A stretch of 64,000 nt of DNA, taken from Octopus vulgaris (taxonomy: Eukaryota). The stretch spans positions 98,766,001 through 98,830,000 of the forward strand of contig OX597822.1 in NCBI GenBank assembly GCA_951406725.2, read 5' to 3'. Shown here piece by piece: positions 52,870 to 64,000 of this stretch; positions within the stretch are counted from its first letter, which is position 1; every line of letters begins with the position of its first letter. The translations under genes were made by a program, and so were the position numbers. A model generated the notes under the pieces. It was not told the origin of the DNA and made no database searches. It saw only the letters and a program-made list of their open reading frames with translations.

Positions 52870-53140
52870 GATGGAGAGACCTGACCGCGGTGGCTGCAAA
52901 TCAAGTTCGCAAATTCTCTCAAAGGATTCTGTGCATTTGTGTCATTCTATTTCATTAATCAGCTTTTGTCTTCAAAGATAGCTCTACTTGGATTCTCGAA
53001 GGAGGAAACAAACCGATGGCTGCAGTAGACCACTGTCGATGATCACTGTGAAAAGTGTGACAGGCATTAGGGGATTTCTTCAGGATGTCCTTGTACCTTT
53101 TCTTTTGGTGCCCATCAGCCACGGTTTCAAGTGTAGAGTT
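52870..53140 (-). mobile_element. RTE-clade LINE C-terminal fragment
   Basis: KKRYKDILKKS.NACH..DHRQWST in track ORF 52955-53143. Confidence 0.65.
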
Positions 53141-53804
53141 CATAATCTAGCACAATCTTGTGCAGATAATCATCCTCTATTCGGAAGACTCGCTCTACTT
53201 AACACAGCTTCGAATTTAACAGCATTATCTCAGTTTCGGCGAAGACATCTATAGTTCGGTGTTCGAGGACACTTGTAGTTTGATGTTAGAAGATATCTAT
53301 TGTTTGGGCTTCGGGGATCACTAATGTGGTGTTCGAGCCTATCTATATTTTGGTGTTGGGGAACATCAAACTACTCATGCAGCTAATTACATGAAGAATT
53401 CTTTGCTTCATCCACATTAACAACTGAAATGTAGTCCAAAGACGTGTTGTTTAACATACTCTTGTGGATATCAACTACTGATTGGTGCTTTTAACCAGTC
53501 GTCAACTAAAATCTAGATGATGGCATCCTTCACTTCTTAACCACTTCCATCGTCCACTGCACACTAAAACCGTCATCATTCGTCAAACCTGCATTACTAC
53601 ATGTAATAGATAAGACGATAGCATCTTCAAACGAAAATAAAATGTGAGAACAGTTTCACTCATCAAGGCAGAAAAGCAATCAATAAACAGAACACAAAAC
53701 ATACATATGTCACTGAATCTAGTATGCTTATAAATAGCACACTGCTAAAATACTACACTCGTTACAAATACTGCATCTTACATTAATTGATGAATAATTG
53801 CATA

Positions 53805-54187
53805 TCTTTATATATAAAAGTGAAGTTGTGTGAGTGTCTGTCTCCTACGAGTTAGATTCCTAACTACTCCCACATTTTGCGGTGCAGTTTAACCAAAACC
53901 GGGTATCTTATAGTCGTGATTCATATCGAGCCCGTCTAGGATGAGTCTACGATTTAAAAAAAAATTTACCATCATTTTTTTCCATTTTAATGCATTTATT
54001 TCGCTATTATATAAGGGAAGTAACTCTCTAAAAATGTCTACGATGAGTCAACGATTTAAAAAAAAATTACCATCATTTTTTTCCATTTTTAATGCATTTT
54101 TTTGCTATTTTTTGGCTATAACTCTCTAAAAATGCTTATATAGTTATTTCCCTTACAAACCTGAGCAACGCCGGGCGATACTGCTAG
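53805..54187 (+). mobile_element. Non-autonomous Helitron
   Basis: A|TC..TATATATAAAAG start; CCTG-AGCAACG-CCGGG hairpin and CTAG|T end; internal duplication of about 55 bp; same family as 16132-16647. Confidence 0.85.
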
Positions 54188-54331
54188 TCTATTACATATC
54201 TGTTGTAAGATATCTATGTTATATCTACAGCAATCAGCAACTACATACAACTGTTCTATATTTTTTAGATGAGGAACTATGCACATTATTTACAATGGAC
54301 GGATAGATGTCACCACCTTGTTTGTTGTTAC

Positions 54332-54373
54332 CAAAACGTTTCAGCTGACGTACTCGCGAGCCTTCGTCAGGTG
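54332..54373 (-). ncRNA. Minimal type I hammerhead motif in inverted pLTR (partly degenerate)
   Basis: Minus: CAC-CTGACGA-A-GGCT-loop-AGCT-GAAA-CG-TT-TTG; palindromic AACGTT stem III; stem I imperfect. Confidence 0.6.
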
Positions 54374-54429
54374 TTCTCATGGTATTTCGAATCCAACTCT
54401 TTATTTGACTAATGGGGCACTCTGCTCTC

Positions 54430-55070
54430 CATACAGTTCACAATGGAAAAGGAGAAAGACAATTAGCTGGAATTTCTGGATGTATTAATAACACGCACTG
54501 AGTATGAGTTCAGGATATCCGGACATCCGCATACCGCAAGTCAACCTACACTGGAAAATACCGCAGCTTCAATTCCCACCATCCATACAGTATAAAGAGA
54601 ATAATTTCTCAGTGCCTAAAACATCGAGCAAAGACTATAAGTAACGATCCAAATACTCACCATCAAGAACTAACCAGGCTAAGAAACAATCTACTGTGCA
54701 ACAACTACTCAGAAAACATACTATCCACTCCAGTTAGGAAGTGAAGAGAGGATGAAACCCATAAACGCATCACAGTCTGTCTACCCTATGTCAAACGCCT
54801 CTCGGAAAAGATACAAAAGATATGCGATCCATATGACATCAGGGCAGTATTCAGAAGTAATACAACACTTCGCAAATAACTCCACTGAGTAAAACCACCC
54901 ATAGAAGAGAATATGATGCAAACTGCGTGTACTCCATCCCATGCAGTTGCTGTAGGCTATACAAAAGAAAAATCTTCCACCCCCTTAAAATAAGTGTAGA
55001 AGAACATCGTAAAGCTGTGATACGAGGGGATATTCAAAAACTGGGTATAGCTGATTATGTATAGAAAAAC
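54430..55070 (+). pseudogene. Penelope-like element RT thumb plus GIY-YIG remnant (second PLE lineage)
   Basis: IQFTMEKEKDN.LEFLDVLITR...YRKSTYTGKY.SFNSHHP...VCLPYVKRLSEKIQKI...CVYSIPCSC..LY....PLKISVEEHRKAV. Confidence 0.85.
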
Positions 55071-55079
55071 GGAGACAAC

Positions 55080-55415
55080 TGGTTCCGAGTTCAGTCCCAC
55101 TACAACCCTGGGCAACTGTCTTCTACTAAAGCCTCAGGCCGACCAAAGCCTTGTGAGTGAGTTTGATGGACGGAAACTGAAAGAATCTCGTCATATATAT
55201 ATATGTATATGTTTATGTTTCTGTGTTTGTCCACCCCTACCATCGCATGACAACCGATATTGGTGTGTTTACGTCCCCATTACTTAGCGCTCCGGCAAAA
55301 AAAACGATAAAATAAGTACAAAGCTTACAAAAGATAAGTCCTGGAGTCGATTTGTTCGACTAAAAGGCGGTGCTCCAGCATAGCCGCAGTGAAATGACTG
55401 AAACAAATAAAAAAA
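55080..55415 (+). mobile_element. SINE family B, diverged
   Basis: Body and tail similar to 28411-28805. Confidence 0.8.
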
Positions 55416-56699
55416 AGTATAGAAAGGGTAAAAACCCACCTCGGTCAATAATGACCATTAGAAATTATCCTCCGAGGTACAATTCTGGGCAATGTTGTTT
55501 ATGAAAGACCAGCAGTCGTCCATGCATACCAGCCTTTCATTTCCACGCCACCGATACAGTTTGGTACCAGTGATGTCGCAACCTACTGCCTCATGACTGA
55601 GATCCCAACACTCTATCCACTGAGCATGAGTCTTCATACTATATACATCGCAACCAAATATAAGTATGGCTTAAATATTAACTACGTATCTATGCCATAT
55701 CTATAGCAAACATATTTATTACAGCATATCTAATATATCTATAGCAATATAGCTTAGCTATATCTATAACCACCTCCTCATAGTTATGCCATACCTGCAT
55801 ATACACACGTATTAGACTACGTAGACTGTCGTGTCTCATTCTCTGTTTCTCATTACTAAATCTGAGAACAATCTTTACTTCACTAATCTCAACTCTGCTC
55901 TTATATTTTTTTATACCGTTCTAAGTAAACACCAATAATTTCATTGTTACCAGAAAGGTTGCGGACACCATTCCGCTTCATCAATCAAAATAATTTTAAT
56001 AGACATATGTAGAGAGTATTGATTCATTAGTGGATTTGCCTGTCAAGCAAATAAATAGTCGGTTGTGAATCATTGTCAGCATGTATTTGAGGAAGACACT
56101 TCGTAATGGTACAGGATAATTTGCGGTATTGGGACGGGCGATAGTGGAGGAGCTGCTATCTTATATAAACAGTAGGGAGACAGGATAATTAAGAAGACTG
56201 GTATGAAGAAGAAACTGATAACCCATTCCCAGTATCTTATATTGCATCATTGCTTCTGAATGAAATCGTGACTAGTTTTTCAAGAACACAATACGCTTAA
56301 GTAAACTGTTTTTTACAGAAACAAATATTACAAAAACAACAAGAATACCAACCAATTAATATTGCCAGTTATAGTGATTTTCGATGTAACTAATCACAAC
56401 TATTTATATCTAGACGCCAATTATAACAATTAATTTTCTAACCATGCTGGCTGAAAGTGATTTTAGAATATTGCATTTTCTAGGTGAAAATTAAAAAGTT
56501 CTAAATTCCGAAAAGTTTCATTAAAATCTTAACAAACCCATTTCAGAGTTTTATAATTTTACTCACTATTTGCTGCAACTTCTGATTATCTACATAATGA
56601 ATGAGAAAGCTTCCTTTCAAACAACACCGACAATTAGTTAAGAATTCCAGCCATTAATATTCTATATATTTTATATCAGAGGATACAGAGAAAAGTGCT

Positions 56700-58030
56700 C
56701 GAAACAAAAGTAAATAAAGGGAGTATTATTAAAGCAAGGAATATATGGACCATGCCTGTATTGATATTTCTAAAATAAACAAAGCTAGATCTAGAGAACT
56801 AAAAGCAAACGCAACAAGCTCTACCTGCCGAGAAAGTAAGGAAATAGATGATTGCTAAACTCAGAAGACACGGCTAGTACTATAATATTTGGTCTGAGAA
56901 ATTATGTTGCTCTACGTAGCGAATGAAAAATGCTGTCGGCCACGAGAAGTGTCCAAAGATCTACAGAAAGAGTAGGAAAACTCAAGAATCGAAGGAAGAA
57001 TAAAACAAGTAGCTTAAAAAGAGAAGGAAGTACACGACCAATTCATGCAACAAATGGAAGATGCTGATTTGGTTGACAGACAGAAAAGTGAAGCGAAAAA
57101 CAGAAATGCTAATTATAGTCGCTCAGAGACGAACTTGATTAACGGGAAAAAAACTGTCAGAGAGCAAACGCAGAATCTGTAGTAAGGAAGTGGAGGCGCA
57201 ATGGCTCAGTGGTTAGGGCAGCGGACTCGCGGTCGTAGGATCGCGGTTTCGATTCCCAGACCGGGCGTTGTGAGTGTTTATTGAGCGAAAACACCTAAAG
57301 CTCCACGAGGCCCCGGCAGGGGATGGTGGTGATCCCTGCTGTACTCTTTCACCACAACTTTCTCTCACTCTTACTTCCTGTTTCTGTTATACCTGTATTT
57401 CAAGGGGCCGGCCTTGTCACTCTCTGTGTCACGCTGAATGTCACCGAGAACTACGTTAAGGGTACACGTGTCTGTGGAGTGCTCAGCCACTTACACGTTA
57501 ATTTCACGAGCAGGCTGTTCTGTTGATCGGATCAACCGGAACCCTCATCGTCGTAACCGACGGAGTGCTTCCCCAGTAAGGAAGACGGTAATATTAACTA
57601 TCTCTCAAGTGAACTCAGTAAGCTAGCACAGTGTTTAAGCACATACATGATTGTATATTCAAACGAGCCGAGGGTATGGATTCAAAATAGTAGAAAAGCG
57701 GTGTGAAAACGAGCTAGAGGTTGGGATATAGAATGATTACAGGATTTTATAGGGTTCCTCCATAAAAGTGACCAAACTATAGAAACAAAAAGACAATATA
57801 TGAGTGTAGAAAATAATTTTAAAAAGCAGCATAAGATCATAGAATTTAAGAAATTGAGAAAATTAAGTAATATCTGAACCTAACTAGAGAGTTAATGAGG
57901 AAGGGTAGGATGACAAATAATTGCAATCTTGTATTCTGTAAGCATTCCACGAAATATTCTTGAGATTTGAAGATTGCTGTTGTCGACAAATTACAAGACA
58001 GCATCCCCCTTAATCAATATAGCGTGAAAT
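56700..58030 (+). mobile_element. Decayed R4/Dong-like LINE 3' half, interrupted by SINE A
   Basis: Fragments LYLPRK.G, WLTDRKVKRKTEMLIIVAQ, SSELSKLAQ and LQ.TA; ends at (TAA)n. Confidence 0.55.
57191..57574 (+). mobile_element. SINE family A, full length
   Basis: TSD AGTAAGGAAG at 57181-57190 and 57575-57584. Confidence 0.92.
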
Positions 58031-58048
58031 AGTCTTAATGATAACGAC

Positions 58049-58094
58049 AATAATAATAATAATACTAATACTAATAATAATAATAATAATAATA

Positions 58095-58160
<66 letters not shown>
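58049..58160. repeat. (TAA)n/(TAG)n microsatellite
   Basis: Direct reading; source of the poly-I/V/T/L ORFs. Confidence 0.95.
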
Positions 58161-58740
58161 AGCATCTTCCAAGGGGACTGGCTGTCCCCACTAATCTTTG
58201 TAGTGCGCATGATACCACTAACACTGATTCTGGGGAAAGCAAAGGTTGAGTATGTATTCAAGAGCCGCCAACAAAAAGTCAACCATTTGTTATTCATGGT
58301 TGACCTCAAACTTTATGGTAAAGACGAATGCCAAATCAGTTCCCTCGTTGATACGGTGTATATCAAAATGGAGTTCGGACTGAAAAAGTATGGTGTGTTA
58401 GTCTTGAAGAGAGGTAAAATCAAATGTATTGACGTGATAGCGATACCGTCGGGGAAGGTTATGAAGCAGATAGAAGAGACGAGCTATAAGTACTTGGAGA
58501 TATAGGGAATAGATAAATTGATGAGGAAAGAAATGACAGAAAATTTAAGGTGGAGTACTAGCGCAGTAAGGTCATGTGCTTTTTATCCTGATATGAGATC
58601 ACCATGTTGCGCACATATGGTTGTGATGAATGTGCCTAGTGTACCCTTATCAGACGGGTAGTCATGATGGGTATACTGGGCTTCGTATATTTTACCTCAG
58701 TGTCACTTTGATGGTATGCACTGCTCTCTCACTCAATAAT
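58161..58740 (+). mobile_element. R4/Dong-like LINE RT fragment fused to a presumed 3' UTR, between TAA/TAG tracts
   Basis: IFQGDWLSPLIFV..IPLTLIL...KVNHLLFMVDLKLYGK...MEFGLKKYGVLVLKRGK...SYKYL (RT motifs B-E; FMDD degenerated to FMVD). 58565-58740 is repeated at 59470-59630. Confidence 0.85.
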
Positions 58741-59020
58741 AATAATAACAATGATGATGATGTTGATGATGATGATGATGATGATGATGATCGTTTCTAC
58801 TATAGACAACAGGCCTGAAATTGTAGAGGAGGGAACTAATTGATTACATCGACCCTAGAGTTCCATTGGCACTTAATTTATCGAACCTGAAAGGATGAAG
58901 GCCAGGTAAACCTTACCGGAATTTGAACACCGAACGTAGCGGCTTACGAAATGCTGCTAAGCATATCGTCCGGCGTGCTTACGATTCTGCTAGCTCGCCA
59001 CTTTAATAATAATAATAATA

Positions 59021-59081
<61 letters not shown>

Positions 59082-59084
<3 letters not shown>

Positions 59085-59630
59085 TGCCCTGATACAGTAC
59101 CAGGCAATGGCTCTCATGGCTTCTGATCTTAACTGATTGGAAGTGTTATCATGTACATTTTATTTATCTTGGTATAAAAGATGGTCTACTGTAAATATTC
59201 TGGTCAATACCACAGATTTGCTTGTCAATTGTTTGACCTTAAGCACTTGAGCATGTCCCTTAGTAGCTGACGTTAAGTGCATCTCTGATCACGGCAGAAG
59301 TACTGGGAGAGCATTATAGCTATGTGTTGAAAGGAATTCTTTGGGGTTTGGATAATTCCCCATTGGAAACATGAGTGTTTCGTTCAGCATCCTTAGACAA
59401 CTCTAATTCAGGGACCTTTTGATTGGGATAGGTTACTCGACGTGAAGAAAATTCTAACTGGACCCCACGTGCAAGGTCATGCGCTCTTTATCTTGATATG
59501 AGATCACCATGTCGTACATATATAGTTGTGATGCATGTACCTGGTGTACATGGTAGTCACGATGGGTATGCTGGGCTTCATATTTTACCCCAGTGTCACT
59601 GATGGCATGCACTGCTCAGTCTCTCAATCA
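59082..59630 (+). mobile_element. Repeat sharing its 3' end with 58565-58740 (LINE 3' region or LINE-derived element) inserted in (TAA)n
   Basis: AAGGTCATG..CTTTATC.TGATATGAGATCACCATG...CAGTGTCACT..ATGCACTGCTC shared; 5' start recurs at about 59878. Confidence 0.65.
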
Positions 59631-60241
59631 TAATAATTATCATTATTTCAAAATTTGACTAGTCTAACAGTTTATTACATTGACGCCGAAGCGACGAATG
59701 GCAAAATCGATCTCGGTGGAATTTGAACTCTGGGCGTAAACACGAAGGAAATGCCACTAAGCTTTTTATCCGGCATGCCAATGGTTCTTTCAGCGCATCA
59801 CCTTAATAATAATGATAATAACAACAGTAATAACAACATTCATAATAATCATATCAATAATAATAATAATAATAGTAAATGCCCTAATGTAGTCCTACGC
59901 AGTGGCTCTCAAGACTTCTCAACAATAGTTTAATATAAACGGAGCAAATGTTTGAACATTTAAATGAAACGAAGTAAAAATCAGAGACGGAATAATCATA
60001 GGCCCTTTAAAAGACTGCGATTATACTGATTTTGATGCATACAATTATTGCATCGAAGACAAAACCGCAAAAGGATTTGATATAGATAATTTTGCTTTAC
60101 GATAAAAAGCTGCGCAGTAAAAGATGGTTTAAAATTTCACAATGCTTTTTCCAGAATATTAAATTGCATAACTTAGTGGAATAAATGATAAGAGGATTTG
60201 CGCCATAATTGGCAAAAATAATAGGAAGTTCCAAAGTCTTC

Positions 60242-60575
60242 TCTTTTATCTCTTACTTGTTTTACAGTTAGTAGACTGTGGCCATCCTGGGGCACCGCCT
60301 TCAGGAACTTAGTACTTACTCTATCCGTTTCTTTTGATGAACCGCTAAGTTATGGGGACGTAAACACACCAACACCGGTTGTCTAAGCTGTGGTGGGAGA
60401 CAAACACGGACACAAAGACACACACACACATTCACATAGGAAGCTATTATTTTAGTTTCCATTTACCAAATCCACTCACGAGGGTTTGGTCGACTCCAGG
60501 CTATAGCAGAAGATACACCTGCCCAAGGAACCATGCAATGTAACTGAACTCGGAACCTTGTGGTTGGGAAGCAAA
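60242..60575 (-). mobile_element. SINE family B, diverged
   Basis: Similar to 11552-12005. Confidence 0.78.
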
Positions 60576-61379
60576 CATATTTAATACTGACAAAACAATC
60601 CCATCCTGTTAGAAAATGATCAAGGAATATTTTCAGAACCAATGTGGTGGGAAGGAAAAAGAAAAAAATCAGTTTGCGAATTCAGTGTATCTGAGGATTG
60701 AATCACTTTATTATTGTAATGAAATGCATCAAGTGACTGTTTTCGAATCGTTAAGACACAGGATTTAGTGACACAACGTAAACAACAAAAGTTCTTTTGT
60801 AAAAAAAAAAAGGATTGACAAAGGCAAATACATACCTATATAATTATCGTATTTATTCATATTTCAAATTAAAAACTGTTTTGTGTTTTTTTTGTTGTTG
60901 ATTTATTTTAAACGCATCTCTCGCTGTTTCACGGTTTCAACTTCCACGGTGACTCGCATGAAACGACGGACAACTAAATCACGAAAACGAGATTACTAAG
61001 ACCTTTAGAATCTATAAATAAACACAGGAACAATTCAACTTAATGAACCAAAACAATATAACAAATTATACTCTCGTCATATATTACTATGTGAAAATAT
61101 ATCATTACATGTTTATCTAAATTTATATTGATTATATTCAAAACAGAGAAATAAATCAAAAGAAAACTATTGACATCATAAATAGATTTTTCTGCTCAGC
61201 ATGACTGGTCGTACTAAGATAAGTTTAAAACTGTTAAACTCTGCCGTTTTGAATAAATACTTTGAGAAACCAGGGTAATGTATATATTTAAACCAAGGCG
61301 CTATAAACAAGTTATCAGAGGCTTAAAGCTTATTAACAGAGTATACCTCTGGCTACAACATTAAACTAGGTTGGTTTTC

Positions 61380-62000
61380 CTGTTGATGGATACTGCGGGC
61401 TGGTGGAGGACGTGCCATTTTTCATAGAGTATGGAGGGGCTTTATCAAGTCTCCAGATGAAAAGCGAAAGACAGATGGGTTTTCCCCTGTTCCTACATCT
61501 GAAGAGCGGCGTCTATAAGGTGTATCATCCCTTCAAGTCATGGGCTGTCATGTCCGTGTAGTATTTCGTGATGCTGTAGGATAATACGAAGGAGAATAAA
61601 TAGCCTTGCTGATGACAACCTTCTGATAGCTTCCTCGCCAACTGAGCCCTAGATAATGTTGTCGAAGTAAGTCTAGAAATTAATGCGCAAAAAGACAAAG
61701 ATCACCGAATCTGCTTGGGAACCAGAATAGTCTACCATAATGTGTTCAGCCAAGGATCACATAAGGCCAGTTTTACAAGTTCAAGAACTTAGTCTTCATT
61801 TTTGATCAGACAACATATTGCGATCAGGGAATCAGTACAAGACTTAATGCAAGAAAATCAACCCTGTGATTATTCAAAGCAATATGGAAAAACTGCTCCC
61901 TCACAAAAAGAAACAACCTTCCAAAATCCTAGTTTGGCCAGTAGCATTTTATAGATGTAAAGCATGAAACATATGGTTGGCTGACACAAGCGACAGAGGA
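61380..62000. mobile_element. Decayed RTE-like LINE fragments
   Basis: Plus strand SLEINAQKTKI...STRL...LFKAIWK (post-catalytic RT region); adjacent minus part is weakly C-terminal-like. Confidence 0.45.
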
Positions 62001-62348
62001 CTTTCAAGATGACACTCTACGGGCAGTAGTTACAGAACAATTCTGTCCTGGAAGTGATGCAATCAGGAACATACTACCTTAATTAAGCCGATGTATAAAC
62101 AAAGACGTTAAAAAGCATTATATTGTAGCGTAAGATAAGTATGCCGCAGCGAATGGAAGCTTGTTTTGTGATTGAATCATGAAGTTAAAATCTTCAATAT
62201 TAAAAGTGTATTAAACACTTCATTTTGATAAAAAAAAATTGAAACTTGAACTTATAAGAATTTTCTAGTTAGGGCAAGCTTTAATAATTGCTTATGTTTA
62301 GTAAAAGTTACATAATCCAACAACTGATTAACAGCCTTATTCATTATA

Positions 62349-62355
<7 letters not shown>

Positions 62356-62432
<77 letters not shown>
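62356..62432. repeat. (GT)n microsatellite
   Basis: Direct reading of the sequence. Confidence 0.95.
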
Positions 62433-62436
<4 letters not shown>

Positions 62437-62452
62437 AAGTCTGTTTGCCAAC

Positions 62453-63058
62453 ACAATATGGCAACCCTACACAGGACGATGCTACTACTCTTTAACCCCA
62501 GGAAAACATCTTTCCCAGTTGGCTACCGACACATAGTCTATAGATATGTATACTATGAGCAAGGGAGTTTATTGCTCCCTTTCTAGCGCTAGCGATACCT
62601 ATAGACCGGTTTCTGGGTTATTTCTCTTCGTCAGTACAAGTGAAACGTCAGCTAGAGATGGCAGCCACTCGATCTTGCTCACAGTATATACTTTTAAAGT
62701 GACGCATTATCTTTGATCTCGTAAAGAGAAAAACAACTAGTTTTAAATCTCTGACCGAGAAATATGTAGTAACAGTCCGAACAGTAAAGTCTAGTTCCAA
62801 AGACAATGTGGCCGTCCTACAGAGAACGATGCTACTACATTTTAACCCCAGGGAAACATCTTTTCCAGTTGGCTACCGACACATGGTCTGTACCCGTACA
62901 CTATGAACAAATGAGCGTATTGCTCCATCTCTAGCCACCTGTTAACCGATTGTTTCTGAGTTATTTCCCTTCCATGGTACAAGACAATCGTCAGCTAGAG
63001 ATGGCAGATACAATGTGGCAGTCCTACACAGGACAATGTTACTACTTTTTAACCCCAG
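62453..63058 (-). repeat. Diverged tandem repeats (62453-62665, 62803-63007, partial 63010-63058) carrying an HHR motif
   Basis: ACAAT.TGGC..CCTACA..G.ACGATGCTACTAC..TTTAACCCCAG recurs three times. Confidence 0.8.
62601..62637 (-). ncRNA. Minimal type I hammerhead motif (partly degenerate)
   Basis: Minus: GTA-CTGACGA-AGAG-AAATAA-CCCA-GAAA-CCGG-TC-TAT; the second copy has AGGG, suggesting an ancestral GGG/CCC stem II; palindromic ACCGGT stem III. Confidence 0.6.
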
Positions 63059-63213
63059 TGTTAACAAATAGACTTCGGTATGGTACTGTTACCATATGTT
63101 TCCCGCTCAGAGATTCAAAACTAGTTGTTTTACAGTAGATCCCCACAAAAGAAACAATGAAGAACAAACACAACAAAAAAAAAAAACAAGGTGAGGACGT
63201 AGTACTTGCAAGT

Positions 63214-63246
63214 ATTTACGTTTCGAGTAAAGCTTTTCGTCAGAAA
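63214..63246 (-). ncRNA. Degenerate minimal hammerhead motif
   Basis: Minus: TTT-CTGACGA-AAAGC-TTT-ACTC-GAAA-CG-TA-AAT; resembles the motif at 36789. Confidence 0.45.
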
Positions 63247-63289
63247 CAGGAGATGGAGGGAAAAAAGTCGCCAACGATCCGCATATGGT

Positions 63290-63692
<403 letters not shown>

Positions 63693-64000
63693 CGACTCTT
63701 CATACATTTACTATTTAAATATAGTAAATGACAAATAGAAATATTTAGTGTGCTCAGGTGGAAAGAAAGAGATAGGTGCAAATTCTGACAAGTTTTGCGA
63801 GGCAGCCCGTTTTGCACCGCATCAAACTGTTGCGTGAAGCTACTAGTGTTGATACACAGGGAGAAACTAATTATCTTCACGAATCAAGTGGGTGATTGCA
63901 TATTAGAGCATTTATTCAGTGTCGATAAAGCTAAGTTTTTATTGAAGTGCATATATGATAGTGCCTGTATGTCTATTGAAGAAAATTGAGAACCAGATCT

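Overview
This is AT-rich, microsatellite-laden eukaryotic (metazoan) DNA, not prokaryotic. The SINE repertoire looks cephalopod/octopus-like, which is inference from pattern recognition and not a database result. No host protein-coding gene, rRNA, true tRNA or CRISPR array is supportable, and nearly all track ORFs are microsatellite or repeat read-throughs. The window is a transposon graveyard: three to four tRNA-derived SINE families (several copies with clear TSDs), mariner/Tc1 relics, an 8-bp-TSD MITE carrying (TTAGGG)n, Helitrons (one retaining a repeat-containing N-terminal ORF), RTE, R4/Dong-like and HERO-like LINE relics, and many Penelope-like element (PLE) pieces (GIY-YIG and RT-thumb fragments). 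The most notable signal is about ten type I hammerhead-ribozyme (HHR) motifs from several sequence-unrelated families, most sitting in direct and/or inverted repeats next to (TA)n tracts. They include an ORF-less retrozyme-like unit with HHRs 559 nt apart (4440-5534) and a perfect 329-bp palindrome with back-to-back HHRs (42431-42759). A TSD-bounded RTE-type LINE with a 5' inversion (39883-40474) is also present. Coordinates were read by eye; ends of decayed elements are approximate.
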